From Phyllobates terribilis (taxonomy: Eukaryota), in assembly GCF_046119375.1 (NCBI RefSeq), contig NW_027362772.1, positions 75,206,001 through 75,270,000 of the forward strand: a DNA stretch of 64,000 bases, given 5' to 3'. The translations under genes were made by a program, and so were the position numbers. How positions within the stretch are numbered: position 1 is the first letter of the stretch; every line of letters begins with the position of its first letter. The notes under the pieces are model-generated. The model ran no database searches. It worked only from the letters and a program-made list of their open reading frames with translations, and was not told the DNA's origin. This document shows positions 34,631 to 49,109 of this stretch, one piece after another.

Positions 34631-35556
34631 TGTTACGGGTCTAGGGGGTGGAACCTCTGTGCTACGGTGCAAGGAGGGACCCAGAGGGGCGTAACTAAGT
34701 ATCAACCCGGACCGACCCTGGTCGTACGGCGGCTAACGACTCCGTGACCAGGGAGGGACCGAGCCGAGGGACCAGATGCTACTCCGGGGGACGACCTTGT
34801 AAGGGAGCAAGTGACTCCCACGGTACAGATGGCAGGGACTCATCGGAATAGCAGGTAGGCACAGCAGGCAGGCTGGCGAGCGGAAGCCTCCAGGTAGGCT
34901 ATCAGGTAGACACAGCAATTGACAGCAGGAGTCTCTAGGAGGGCTGGCTGGTGGTCATGGCAAGTGACGGCAGGAGTCTCTAGGTGGTCACGGCAAGTGC
35001 TCCCAGGTGAGCGGGCTGGTAGGCACGGCTGGTAACAGGCAGGTAACAGGCAAGTGCTCCCAGGTGAGTGGACTGGCAGGCACAGCAGGTAACGGGCAGG
35101 TAACAGGCAAGTGCTCCCAGGTGAGAGGGCTGGCAGGCACGGCAGGTAACAGGCAGGTAACAGGCAAGTGCTCCCAGGTGAGCGGGCTGGCAGGCACGGC
35201 AGGTAACAGGCAGGTAACAGGTTGGCGGGCAAGACTGGTAGTCAGGTTAGCAGCGGGACCTGAGGGCTGAAGCAGAAGTCAGAAACACTGTGCAACAACT
35301 TTTGCTCGGGCACCTCCATTTTTTAGGAGGTGCCTTATATATGGGAGGATCCTCGGCTATTGGCCGGGGACTCCTTAGGACGGCGCGCGCGGCCCCTTTA
35401 AGAGGGAGGGAGCGCGCGCGCGCCCTAAGCACAGTGCCCGGGGAGCTGCGCGCGCCGGCAGCAGGAAGAGGAGCGCTGGAGAACGCAGAGCGGGGAGCGA
35501 GGAGATGAGTGGGACGGCGTCTCTGCCTAGCAGGGGGCTGAGATGCCGATGCTACA
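34631..35556. mobile_element. Solo LTR (926 bp), CpG-rich, with an internal 57-bp tandem repeat (4 copies)
   Basis: TGTTAC...GCTACA termini and 5-bp TSD TATTA on both sides. GCAAGTGCTCCCAGGTGAG at 34993, 35050, 35107 and 35164. Confidence 0.9.
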
Positions 35557-37156
35557 TATTATATCTGCATTATTAGTGCACGATATGGCATATTTTTTAT
35601 TTATGCACTTATTTGGGTTTTGTTGTAGAATAGCATATTTGCCATATACTAACAGACTTTTTTTGAAGTTCCTGGAAAAAGTGTAGAACTTTTGGTCTTT
35701 CAGAAGATATAACAGTCTTTGGAGAGGCTGCAAAAGCCTTTGAAATCCGCCCTGAAAACGCAATTTTAGAAGTTTTATGTTCAGTTGTTGATTTATGCGA
35801 TCACACCCTGTGATCCAGGGCATAGGCTAGTTGTAACATCTGTTCCGATTCATATCTCCTCTGTTTCTACTTTAGCCACTAGGCAGCAGTGTGCTTTTAT
35901 TGCTTGTGATGCGTGACTGCATCAGTCTCAGTCTTATTTTTTCCTGGGACTTTTGATGCTGCTTTATAAGGGAGCTGTGGGGTTAATTTTGGAATATGAT
36001 TACTCCTTCTTGAGAGCCTTAAGTGAGGCAGTCAACTATTTAAACTCCTGAAGCTCTGACTCCCACTGCGGATCAATAATGTTGCTGTCCAGGTATATAC
36101 TGCTGTGCTTCTGTTTGTTGTTCTGATTATTCCTATTCTTTGACCTCAGCTTGACTTTTAACTACCTGCTAGCTATACGATTTTTTTCCTGACATGACTT
36201 CTTGGCTTTGACGCTGCTTGACAACCCTTCCTGCTTCTAATTCACTCTTCCAGATAGCAGCCCTTATGTGGAAGCAATCCACTCGACCCCTTTGTAAGGC
36301 TGGAACCTTGTACTGTGGTTAAAGGGTAGTTGGGTGTTCCTCTGGAATCTGCCAGATGGAGTGGCTTGTGCCAATTCTTTCCGGGGTAGCCATTCTGAAC
36401 CCATAGCCTCACAGTCATGACAGTAGTCCAATGTTCTTCTACTCCCATTTCCATCTCTTCTTGTCCCTTGTCATTGAAGAGAAGGACAACTTGACCCCCT
36501 AGTTGTTCCATAAGATTCCTCCACCTCCAAAAGCCATGGAGAACCAATTTATAAACCGAAAGAATTAGGATAGATTCCTTACCTATCTATATTACAATGT
36601 AAACTATTTACATCAGTGGTTTCCAGAATTGTAGCTGTCCAGCTTATCGACATCTATCATAAGATCTAGGGAGTTGACTTTTTTTGTAATGGCTGAAGTG
36701 CCCCATGTTGCAGACTGCTGATCTACATCTATGTTAGTAAGATTTGATGAGCGTTAATGCAAGGCACACTCGTTATGTTGTCAAGGTAATTGCTGTAATT
36801 TTAGCACCGAGTTGATGCATTCATTACAGCACATGTTATGGATTTGGCAGAAGCAGGAGCATGTGCTAGGATGTCCGCTTTCTGTATGTCACTATCAAAA
36901 TTACCTTATCTGGAAGACTTTACCTGAACAACTTGATGAAAATTAAAACACAAATAAGAATTAATGGGTAGAAGATTCACTACTATGTTTATTAGAAAAA
37001 AAACGTGCAGCAATCCTCGAAAAGTAATATACAAGGACTCAGTTAAAGATCAGCACGCAACTTCCTTCTCATGTACCTGCCATGGGGCTGAAAAGTGGTA
37101 TCCACTGAGTGAGAAGAAAATCAAAGCTCACCTAACATCTCATAATTTATATTAAC

Positions 37157-37548
37157 TTGAGATGAGTGCATCGATTAGAAGACAATCAAATTTGCTTTGA
37201 ATTTCTCCAAAAATTTTGATTTGTTAGGATGTAAACATGTTGCATCACTGAAATGGCCTCAAGTAACGTCATGATGTGCCCTCTGAGATGCCATGATGTT
37301 ATGAGGACTAGTCTATGCAAGAGGTGGTATAGAGCCCAAGATAGTGACCGGACTGAAGGAAGCTGTGCGGTGTGGGAAAAGTGAGGGGCAAGGTGAGTAT
37401 TGTATGTACTAATTTTTTAACCCTACGTTTATTATGTTCTGGGTCTGGAGAGACCTCATAGCATACTAAATATCTATTGATAAATTCAATGCAAAACAAA
37501 ATTTCAAGCCAAACTGGAGTGACAAATTTTGGCAAACGCTCATCTGTA
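37157..37548. mobile_element. Non-autonomous hAT MITE with TIRs of the TAGAGATGAGCG family shared with A and B
   Basis: TTGAGATGAGTG ... CGCTCATCTGTA termini and perfect 8-bp TSD ATATTAAC (37149-37156, 37549-37556). Confidence 0.88.
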
Positions 37549-37621
37549 ATATTAACTTGTAATACGGATTAAATGCTGAAAAAAAGCCACTCACTCATAG
37601 CTATACATCTGTATATACCAG

Positions 37622-38146
37622 CAGGGCCACTATCAGGGCATTACTGCCCTTACTGGTGTATGGGGCCCGGTGAGCAGAAGCAAAGAAGAGGGGGCCCGGC
37701 TGCGCAGTCTGTGCAGAGGCAGCATAGCAGAGGCACTCTGAAGCCAAGGCTAGTTACTTTGCTTTATTAAGCCCCAGGGCCCCAGTCACTCACAGCTACA
37801 GCTACTTACATTGTATGGACGCAGCAGAGGGGGTCAGCCATCAGTGATGTCAGACGCTGCCAGCCCACCCACTCTTCCAAAGCTACCGGTGTGCTCTGGA
37901 CCCTTAGCACATTATATGCAGGAGTTGAGGGCCCGTAAGTGATTACATGTATGTATGTGATGTGGTGTTCGATGGGAACTATTACTGTGTGATTTGTAAG
38001 GACGTGGTGCAGAAGTAGAGTTTTTCCAAGAGTTGGCGGTGGTACTGGGGAAGATTCACGGGGTGGAGATGAAGCTGGGGCGGAGTCTCAAGGGGGCTTG
38101 AAAATTTAGCCAGCATTGGGCCCTGAAATTCCTGGTGGCAGCCCTG
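37622..38146. mobile_element. hAT MITE with CAGGGC termini
   Basis: CAGGGCC...GCCCTG termini and perfect 8-bp TSD TATACCAG (37614-37621, 38147-38154). Confidence 0.85.
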
Positions 38147-38712
38147 TATACCAGTACGTTATGCCTTTAAAGAAGGATACTATTTAGGTATTTAGGCAGA
38201 GAAAATCCTTTCATAGCTTCCAGTGCAGCCTGTAGTTTACTATTTGTGCTTCTGCTTACCAAACGGCTGGATGAGTCATGGCCAGAACATGGCAACAGGA
38301 GCTGCTGAGAATTAATTGAATATATATAGGGCTCAAAAAATCACTGTCCGTTACTAGTGTAATCTTTGCAATTGATCCGTTAAAAAAAGATGCCATGGTG
38401 ATGGTGTCAGTATTTGGATCTGTTTTTTGAATACCCATTAAAATCCATGGGTGAGTCAAACCCCAAAAAACGTATCAGGCTAACGGCTGCTGTAATTTTT
38501 CTTCTGTGTGGAAAAATGTTAATGTGAGCTACCACACTGATTGAAGTGGTTGTCTTATCTTCTTAAATGGGTAAAAACAAACAACTTCACAATTTATGTC
38601 TCTTTAAAAGTTCTCAAGAACAGAGGGATTTCAGATTCTTGGTGGTGGCCAGTTTCCTTGAAGAAGAGCGTCCGCTTGCAAGCTGTTTGCTATACAGAAC
38701 ACCGAATCAAGG

Positions 38713-38932
38713 GTTTGAATCCAGAAACGTTACACAATCCAATTTTATTTAGTCTACATTAGAAAACAGGAATAAAGGTAGGACATGCAGCACTTGACGC
38801 GTTTTGGACAGTAATGATTAAGAACATTTCTGTCTGAAATGCGTAAGGCATGTCCTACCTTGGTTTGTTTTATTCCTGTTTCTTAATGTAGACTAATTAA
38901 AATTGGATTGTGTCATGTTTCTGGATTCGAAC
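38713..38932. repeat. ~220-bp imperfect hairpin, possibly a Penelope-derived remnant
   Basis: GAATCCAGAAAC..ACACAATCCAATTTTA..TAGTCTACATTA..AAACAGGAATAAA..GGTAGGACATGC is mirrored on the other side. GAAACGCGT-like motifs flank the centre. Confidence 0.75.
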
Positions 38933-39126
38933 ATAGGTTCTGTGGTCGGCGTCTCTTTCCACTGAGCCACAATACATACACTTTTTCTTTTTTTGTCGGT
39001 TTGGGTAACAGGTGTTTTTTAATTAACTCTGTTTGTCTGTCCTATCACCTTTCGGGTGCAGCTTTAAATACTTTCCCTTACTGGTGTTTCCTGCTAGTGA
39101 TAGACTTTGTTGGATTCATTCATGCA

Positions 39127-40747
<1,621 letters not shown>

Positions 40748-42288
40748 TAGCTGTAGTTTGTGTTGGTTGCAGTTGTTTTGTGTGTGATTCCTTTACTCCC
40801 TAGGAGCTGCTGAGGATATTGAGGGTAAGCCACCATCGAGTGTAGGCACCTTTATGTTTTCTTAGGGTGCCAACTTCCGCGGTCAGGCAGGGACAGATCA
40901 GGGTCTGAGAGGGGCTTTTGCTGGTGTGAACAGGGATCTGTCAGGTTAAGGTATTTGTCTCCCTGGTTTGTACTTTAGCCGCATTAATGTGCTTTGGCAG
41001 TCATAACAGATTGTTTTAATGGTTCTGGTGCCAGATTACACTACTCCATTTCCCTACTGCATACAGACAATAGAAGAACTGAAAATACGTTCATGCAAAC
41101 CTAGCCTAACTTACATTCTGTGAAGTTACTTTTAGAGACTCCCACTAGAAAGTTAACCTTGCTGAGTGTCCATTATATCTGACATCACTGTAGAGGGTTC
41201 TATTGTTTGCCAAGTATAGTACTATAATTTCTGACTATAGCAAGCAGTGACTTGCCTATTCCTCCTAAAGACCATAATGGTATCTGTAACATTACAATTA
41301 CTGTTAAAAATAACTTATGTAAAGATTTGACATCAGAAGCCCCCGATTATCCCCCATGTTACATCTGCCAGGGCTTGATAATGCCTCCTTTGTCTAGCCC
41401 TTGGACCATTCCCTATACAGCAATGATAGTATAACATTATTGTCCAATTAATACCTGTAACCAGATGTACTGTTATAAATGTCATGGTTCCCCAGTGAGA
41501 TGTCATCCTGCAGGATACATAGGGATTTTGTGTGCGGAGGTAATATAACAGGATAAGCTGCATTATTACAGAGCTGTGTATCCAAAGCCTGTAGCAAACT
41601 TCAGTTCGGGTCAAAGTTTTGTCATTTTCATACATTGTGGACTATTTTGCTGCTGTTTATACCATAGCGATGAGGGTGAGTAATATGGTAATATATGCTG
41701 TAATGTCTCCGAGCAGCAAGAAACTGCCGTCAATTTATAACACAAAACACCAATAATAAAAAACAAATAAATAGCACCATTAAAGTAATGTTTTAGTAGC
41801 TAAACAAGGTCATAATTTACCCACAGGACGTAATGCACTTAATAAATCACTACTTTACAGGCTGCGGGGAGGCCTGTGCGCTGCTGCTTAGTGAGCACTT
41901 CTCTACAGTTGGTGGATAATGCGGGCACTTTACCGTGGTGAAGTAATTATTTGTTACCAATATATTACCAGGAAATCTTTTGAGGTTGCAGATATCCATT
42001 TAGTTTTTGTTGAAGTCACCTTACTACATACTTGCTTACATTTCTCACATTAATGGCTTGTTTAGCACTTTTTGAATGCATTCTCTTACGGGCAAAAAAA
42101 GCAGTATTACTACATTAACAGAAAAAATTAAATTTCTAAAATATCATTTACATTTTTATTTTTTACCTGTGCTGCTTATTTTTAAAAATCGTAGCATGTC
42201 AATTCTTTCAGTATTTTTACAGCACTTTTTTCCAATGGATGTCTAAATGACATAGCCCAAGAAAAGCATCAAAAACACATAAAAATAT

Positions 42289-42700
42289 GGGATCTAAGGG
42301 GTAAGGTTTCTCCTTGTGGAGAGTGACATGCCAGGTCTTGCACTCCAGTATGAGGAGACTTAAACGCCTTGCATTGCTCCTCTGGGAAGTTAAATATGCA
42401 AATTGTCTCTTCAGAAAGGAAAAAGATTTGAACTCTAGTGCCACCTTTTGGAAGTAGCAATCCTAAAAGTCATTATTGACCCTATTTCCAATAGGTGGCA
42501 CTAGAGTTCAAATCCTCTTCCTCTCTGAAGAGACAATTTGCATAAAAATGGGGGTAATTTAGGCAATGTTTTTTATCCAGAAAAGGATCTAAGGGGTAAC
42601 ATTTCTCCTTGTGGAGAGTGACATACCAGGCCTGGCATGTCAGAGTGAGGAGACTTATATGTCATGAATGCTCCTCTTGGAAATCAAATATTAAAATTGC
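42289..42700. mobile_element. MITE remnant: internal hairpin (~42394-42543) plus a direct duplication (42289 / 42585)
   Basis: ATGCAAATTGTCTCTTCAGA..TTTGAACTCTAGTGCCACC mirrored by GGTGGCACTAGAGTTCAAA..TCTGAAGAGACAATTTGCAT. GGATCTAAGGGGTAA..TTTCTCCTTGTGGAGAGTGACAT occurs twice. Confidence 0.7.
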
Positions 42701-42865
42701 CTATTATCCAGAAAAATAGCATAAAAAAGCTACATGTGACTGTACCCCAAGAGGGAAACAAAACCATTTTATAACATCTGTGTGCATCACCTCTATTAAG
42801 CTAATCACTGTGCTTGGCGGCTCGTGCTATCTACCTCCCCACAGCCGTTGACCTATTGGCTAATT

Positions 42866-43985
42866 TATTAATTAATAATTTCATTTATATGGCAGCTACA
42901 TATTCTGCAGCACTTTACAATTAAGCAGGGACATGTACAGACAATAAAGACATTACAAAATAACACATAGTTCAACACTTACAGGAGGAGTGAGGGCCAT
43001 GCTTGCAAGCTTACAATCTACAAAGAGATGGGTAGGACAGAATAGTTAGAACGTTCTTGTCATGTATGGTCCAGCATTACCAAGTCTTAATGGGTGCACG
43101 GAGGACGTGGAGACAGATGAATAGGAGGGACCAGATTCTGCAGAAAATTTAGAAAGAGGGAACAGGAAAGAATTAGTCAAGTAAGGTGATAGGCTTGTCT
43201 AAAGAGATGTGTTTTTAAAGCACGCTTAAAACCATGGGAGCTATGTATTTGTCGGATCTGCCAGGGTAGAGCATTCCATAAAACTTGTGCAGCACTAGAG
43301 AAGTCTTCGAGACGGAGGTGCACGGTTTAGATTATGGAGGATGTAAGTCTTACTTCAGTTGCAGAACGGAGAGCACGGGTAGGGTAGACAGAAATGAGGG
43401 AGGAGATGTAGGGTGGTGCAGAACTGTGGAGCACTTTGTGGGTGAGAGAAATAAGTTTGTATTGTATTCTGTAGCGGATGGGTAACCGGTACAATGGCTG
43501 GCACAGAGTGGAGGCGTCGGTGAAGTGGCTGGATAGAAATGACCCTGGCTGCTGCATTATTTATGGATTGCAGAGGAAAAAGTTTGGTAAGAGGGAGACC
43601 GATCAGAAGAAAGTTTGACTAGTCTAGACGAGAATGAATAAGAGCTACAGTAAGAGTTTTTGTTGTTTCAAAGGTTAGAAAAGGTCGGATTCTGGAGATG
43701 TTTTTAAGATGCAGGTGACAAAAGTGAGTGAGTGATCGGATATAAGGAATAAAGGAAATTTTTGTGTCAAATATAACCCCAAGACAGTGGGCGTGATGCT
43801 GGAGAGTTATGGTTGAACCACCCAAGCCAATTGTTATATTATGTATAAGTAGCTAAATAGAGGGAGGAAACATGAGAAGTTCAGTTTTGGAGAGATTCAG
43901 TTGCAGATAGAGGGAGGACATGATGTTAGAGACAGCAGAAAGACAATCTCTGGTATTTTGTATCAAGATGGGTGTGACAAATTGT
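42866..43985 (-). mobile_element. 5'-truncated L2 LINE (3' end of ORF2 plus 3' UTR)
   Basis: Peptides HLHLKNISRIRPFL...VALIHSRLD and LPIRYRIQYKL..LTHKVLHSSAPPYI. Tail TAGATTGTAAGCT...TGTAAAGTGCTGCAGAATATG and an AT-rich end. Confidence 0.92.
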
Positions 43986-44303
43986 GAAGTTGGCTATAAA
44001 GGCAATGCGTGAAGATGTGACGTCACCGCTGCACCCAAAACACTGAGACCCAAGCAGCGTTGGGGAGGTGGTGTTGTACATGCAGAGGGTGAGTACTTGA
44101 TATGTTTGGTATTTTAGGTATTTTAGAGCACTTTAGGCTACTTTCTTTAAAGTGGAAAAACCCTTTAAAACATTTTGTCTCTGCAATTGCAAAGGATGCG
44201 AAAGAGACAGCAACTCTAAAACATGTTGCTGTATATATTTCATATTCAATATTTTATAAAAAATATACACCATGTCATGCACTGCATCAGGGATACTTCA
44301 GAT

Positions 44304-44490
44304 TAGAGATGGTGCAAATTGATTTGCACCGTGATGCACACGATGTGACGACACTTCAGACCTGCTAATCAAAAGAAGAGCCGCGGACGCCGGGAGGTAG
44401 GACGTGGTTCGCAGGGCGCCCATCTGATGGCCACTGAATACTGACATGGCTACTGGACTAGTTCCTGCAAATCGATTCTCACCCTCTCTA
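44304..44490. mobile_element. Old hAT MITE of the TAGAGATG family
   Basis: TAGAGATGGTGCAAATTGATTTGCA / TGCAAATCGATTCTCACCCTCTCTA inverted termini. TSD is not recognisable. Confidence 0.6.
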
Positions 44491-45184
44491 ATGCCGATAC
44501 ATTGGCTTAGATGCCCCCAATATCTATTCTAATGTTAAGTCATGCAAAATGACTCTGCTTGGTACACATTTACTCCAATGGATTAATTTTGCTTTCTGTT
44601 TAGAAGTATGTAATAGTCAGCATTGTGCAATTACATCAAACAGGTTTTATTCAAATGTGTGCCCCTTGCTCTCCAATGTGCACCCATCACATCTGGCAGG
44701 TCATTTATGTATTAAGCTACATAATCTTGTATAATATACTTTTTTTTTCTTTTACATTTCCAATCTTTGTCAGTTATCAGAGGAGCACTTAGCGGTAATA
44801 GCAAACTTTAATGCAGTGACTTTTTTTTGGAGAGGTCTGCACTCATCAAATTAAGTCTCGTATTTTATTTAATATGAAGATATTAAGCTGCTAGACTGTG
44901 CCATTGATTATTAGCCTTCCTATCTGCGAGCCAATTACTAGTATTAATCGCAGCACACAGTAAAGCTGTCAGAATTATCAGACCTTATAGAGCTGAGCTC
45001 AGAAGCCAGGTAATTGCTGCAAATAATAATGAGTGGATGTGTATACCTGTTTTATCTCAGCAGACTACATTTTTTATATCATAATTTTCTCTTTTTTTTC
45101 AGATCACTTTTTCCTTTTGTCCCCTTTTTCATTTTCCCTACATGCCTTCTCTAGAAAATTGCACGTTCAACCTTTACAGGTTGC

Positions 45185-47200
45185 TCCTTTAAACAATTCC
45201 GACAAGTGTTCAACTTCCCTGCAGTGCCTCCACAGGAGAATAGAAGAATTACACATACAACCTTAAATCACTGGCAAAGGATTCTCTTTAAACAATTCCG
45301 ACAAGTGTTCAACTTCCCTGCAGTGCCTCCGCAGGAGAATAGAAAAATTACACATACAAGCTTAAATCACTGGCAAATGATTCTCTTTCAACAATTCCGA
45401 CAAGTGTTCAACTTCCCTGCAGTGCCTCCACAGGAGAAAAGAAGAATTACACATCCAAGCTGAAATCAATGGAAAAGGATTCTCTTTAAGCAATTCCGAC
45501 AAGTGCTCAACTTCCCTGCAGTGCCTCCGCAGGAGAATAGAATAATTACACATCCAAGTTGAGATCACTGGCAAGGGATTCTGTTTACAACCCTACCCTT
45601 AGTTGACTGAACAGTTTAGTTAAACATTGTCCTAGCACATTAGACTTCCGACAAGTATTCTACTTCCCTGCAGTGCCTTCATAGGAGAATAGAAGAATTA
45701 CACATGAAAGCGGAAATCACTGGCAAAGGATTCTCTTTAAACAATTCTGACAAGTGTTCTACTTCCCTGCAGTGCCTCCGCAGGAAAATAGAAGAATTAC
45801 ACATTAAAGCTGAAATCACTGGCAAGGGATTCTCTTTAAACAATTCTGACAAGTGTTCAACTTCCCTGCAGTGCCTCCGCAGGAGAATAGAATAATTACA
45901 CATCCAAGTTGAGATCACTGGCAAGGGATTCTGTTTACAACCCTACCCTTAGTTGACTGAACAGTTTAGTTAAACATTGTCCTAGCACATTAGACTTCCG
46001 ACAAGTATTCTACTTCCCTGCAGTGCCTTCATAGGAGAATAGAAGAATTACACATGAAAGCGGAAATCACTGGCAAAGGATTCTCTTTAAACAATTCTGA
46101 CAAGTGTTCTACTTCCCTGCAGTGCCTCCGCAGGAAAATAGAAGAATTACACATTAAAGCTGAAATCACTGGCAAGGGATTCTCTTTAAACAATTCTGAC
46201 AAGTGTTCAACTTCCCTGCAGTGCCTCTGCAGGAGAGTAGAAGAATTACACATCCAAGCTGAAATCACTGGAAAAGGATTCTCTTTAAATAATTCCGACA
46301 AGTTTTCTACTTCCCTGCAGTGCCTCCGCAGGAGAATAGAATAATTACACATCCAAGCTGAAATCACTGGAAAAGGATTCTCTTTAAACAATTCCGACAA
46401 GTGTTCAACTTCCCTGCAGTGCCTCTGCAGGAGAGTAGAAGAATTACACATTCAAGCTGAAATCACTGGAAAAGGATTCTCTTTAAACAATTCCGACACG
46501 TTTTCTATATCCCTGCAGTACCTCCACAGGAGAAGAGAATAATTACACATCCAAGTTGAAATCACTGGCAAGGGATTCTCTTTACAACCCTACCCTTAGT
46601 TGACTGAACAGTTTAGTTAAACATTGTACTAGCACATTAGACTTCTGACAAGTGTTCTACTTCCCTGCAGTGCCTTCATAGGAGAATAGAAGAATTACAC
46701 ATGAAAGCGGAAATCACTGGCAAAGGATTCTCTTTAAACAATTCTGACAAGTGTTCTACTTCCCTGCAGTGCCTCCGCAGGAAAATAGAAGAATTACACA
46801 TCCAAGCTGAAATCACTGGCAAGGGATTCTCTTTAAACAATTCTGACAAGTGTTCAACTTCCCTGCAGTGCCTCCGCAGGAGAGTAGAATAATTACACAT
46901 CCACGCTGAAATCACTGGAAAAGGATTCTCTTTCAACAAGTCTGACAAGTGTTCTACTTCCCTGCAGTGCCTCTGTAGGAGAGTAGATTAATTACACATA
47001 CAAGCCGAAATCACTGGAAAAGGATTCTCTTTCAACAATTCCGACAAGTGTTTTACTTCTCTGCAATGCCTCCGCAGGAGAATAGAAGAATTACACATCC
47101 AAACTGAAATCACTGGCAAAGGATTCCCTTTATAACCATTCCCTTACTTGACTTTACAGAGCACTTTAGTTAACCATTGATGTAGTACATTAGACCATAT
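45185..47200. repeat. 99-bp satellite (~19 units) with recurring variant units
   Basis: ACAATTCCGACAAGTG at 45193, 45292, 45391 etc. Extra block ACAACCCTACCCTTAGTTGACTGAACAGTTTAGTTAAACATTG at ~45587, 45937 and 46584, with a diverged copy at ~47131. Confidence 0.95.
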
Positions 47201-47500
47201 TGTAAAGATGAGAGATAAGCAACTTAATTAGTGGTGCCGTGGTCAGTTTTCCAGTTTTGTCCTTCGTGGCAACCGACATTCACTTCATAAAATGAAAGCT
47301 AACTCCCACCCTCAGACTTTGCATTATTTTCACCTTTTAGCAGGGTCCAGTGGCTCCTTGAATTTCACTCTTTCATCCTTTACAGAAATGTGGCCCTTAC
47401 TGCCAGGACCCTTGGATTCCATCTTCGGGGTAGGTGCTCCACCTAATGAACCAAGACTGTGTCCAAAAGACTAAAATAAGGAAAAAGTTAGGTCCAAATA

Positions 47501-49109
47501 CAATGGTGTGAAAAAGTGTTTGCCCCCTTCCTGATTTCTTATTCTTTTGCATGTTTGTCACACTTAAATGTTTCAGATCACAAAACAAATTTAAATATAA
47601 GACAAAGATAACACAAGTAAACACAAAATGCAGTTTTTAAATGAAGGTCTTTATAAGAAATTCAAACCTACCGGGCTCTGTGTGAAAGAGTGATTGCCCT
47701 CCACCTTAAAACATAAATTAACTGTAGTTTATCACATCTTTGGGAAGCTGAGTTCAATTTCTCTAGCCAGACACTGGCCTGATTACTGCCACACCTCTTC
47801 TCAATCAGGAAATCACTTAAATAGGACCTGCCTGACAAAGTGAAGTAGACCAAAAGATCCTCATAAACTAGACATCATGCTGCGATCTAAAGAAATTTAG
47901 GAACAAATGAAAAACAAAGCAATTGAGATCTATCAGTCTGGAAAAGGTTATAAAGCCATATTTAAAGCTTTGGGACTCCAGTGAACCACAGTGACAGCCA
48001 TTATCCACAAATGGCGAAAACATGGAACAGTGGTGAACCTTCCCTGGAGTGGTGGGCCGACCAAAATTACCCTAAGAGCGCAGTGACGACTCATCCAAGA
48101 GGTCACAAAAGACCCCACAACAACATCCAAACAACTGCAGGCCTCATTTGCCTCAGCTAAGGTCAGTGTTCATGACTCCATCATAAGAAAGAGACTGGGC
48201 AAAATGGCATGCATGGCAGAGTTCCAAGACAAAAACCTCTGCTGAGAAAAAAGAACATAAATGCTCCTCTCAGTTTTGCTAGAAAACATCTTGATGATCT
48301 CCAAGACTTTTGGGATAATACTCTGTGGACGGACTAGACAATAGTTGAACTTTTTGGAAGGTGTATGTCCCATTACATCTGGCATAGAAGTAACACAGCA
48401 TTTCAGAAAAGGAACATCATACCAACAGTAAAATATGGTGGTGGTAGTGTGATGGTCGTGGGCTGTTTTGCTGCTTTAAGACCTGGAAGACTTGCTGTGG
48501 TAAATAGAACCATGAATTCTGCTGTCTGCCAAAAAATCCTGAAGGAGAATGTCTGGCCATCTGTTTCTGACCTCAAGCTGAAACGCTTTTGGGTTATGCA
48601 GCAGGACAATGATCCAAAACACATCAGCAAGTCCACCTCTGAATGGCTTAAAAAAACAAAATTAAGACTTTGGAGTGGTCTAGTCAATGTCCTAACCTTA
48701 ATCCAATTAGGATGCTGTGGCATGACCTTAAGAAGGAGGTTCATGCTCAGAAACCTCCAATGTGGCTGAATTACAACAATTTTGCAAAGATGAGTGGCCA
48801 ACATTCCTCCAGAGCGTTGTAAAGACTCATTGTCAGTTATCGCAAACGCTTGATTGCAGTTGTTGCTACTAAGGGCCCAACCAGTTATTAGGTTTAGGGG
48901 GCAATCATTTTTCACACAGGACCCTGTAGGTTTGGATTTCTGTTTCCCTTTAATAATAAAAATCTTCTTTTAAAAACTGCATGTTGTGTTTACTTGTGTT
49001 ATCTTTGTCTAATATTTTAATTTGTTTTATGATCTGAAACATTTAAGTGTGACAAACCTGCAAAATAATAAGGAACCATGAAGGGGGCAAACACTTTTTC
49101 ACACCACTG
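47501..49109 (+). mobile_element. Full-length Frog-Prince/Txr-like Tc1 transposon with a decayed transposase (47877-48891)
   Basis: TA-CAATGGTGTGAAAAAGTGTTTGCCCCCTTCC ... GGGGGCAAACACTTTTTCACACCACTG-TA. Peptides [36 protein letters not shown]. Multiple stops and frameshifts. Confidence 0.93.

Noticed and set aside
34840-35270. Repetitive ORFs on both strands
   Set aside because: Products of the 57-bp tandem repeat inside a solo LTR.
45206-46948. Zinc-finger-like C/H-rich ORFs
   Set aside because: Translation of the 99-bp satellite. The spacing does not fit C2H2 fingers and the frames break at variant units.
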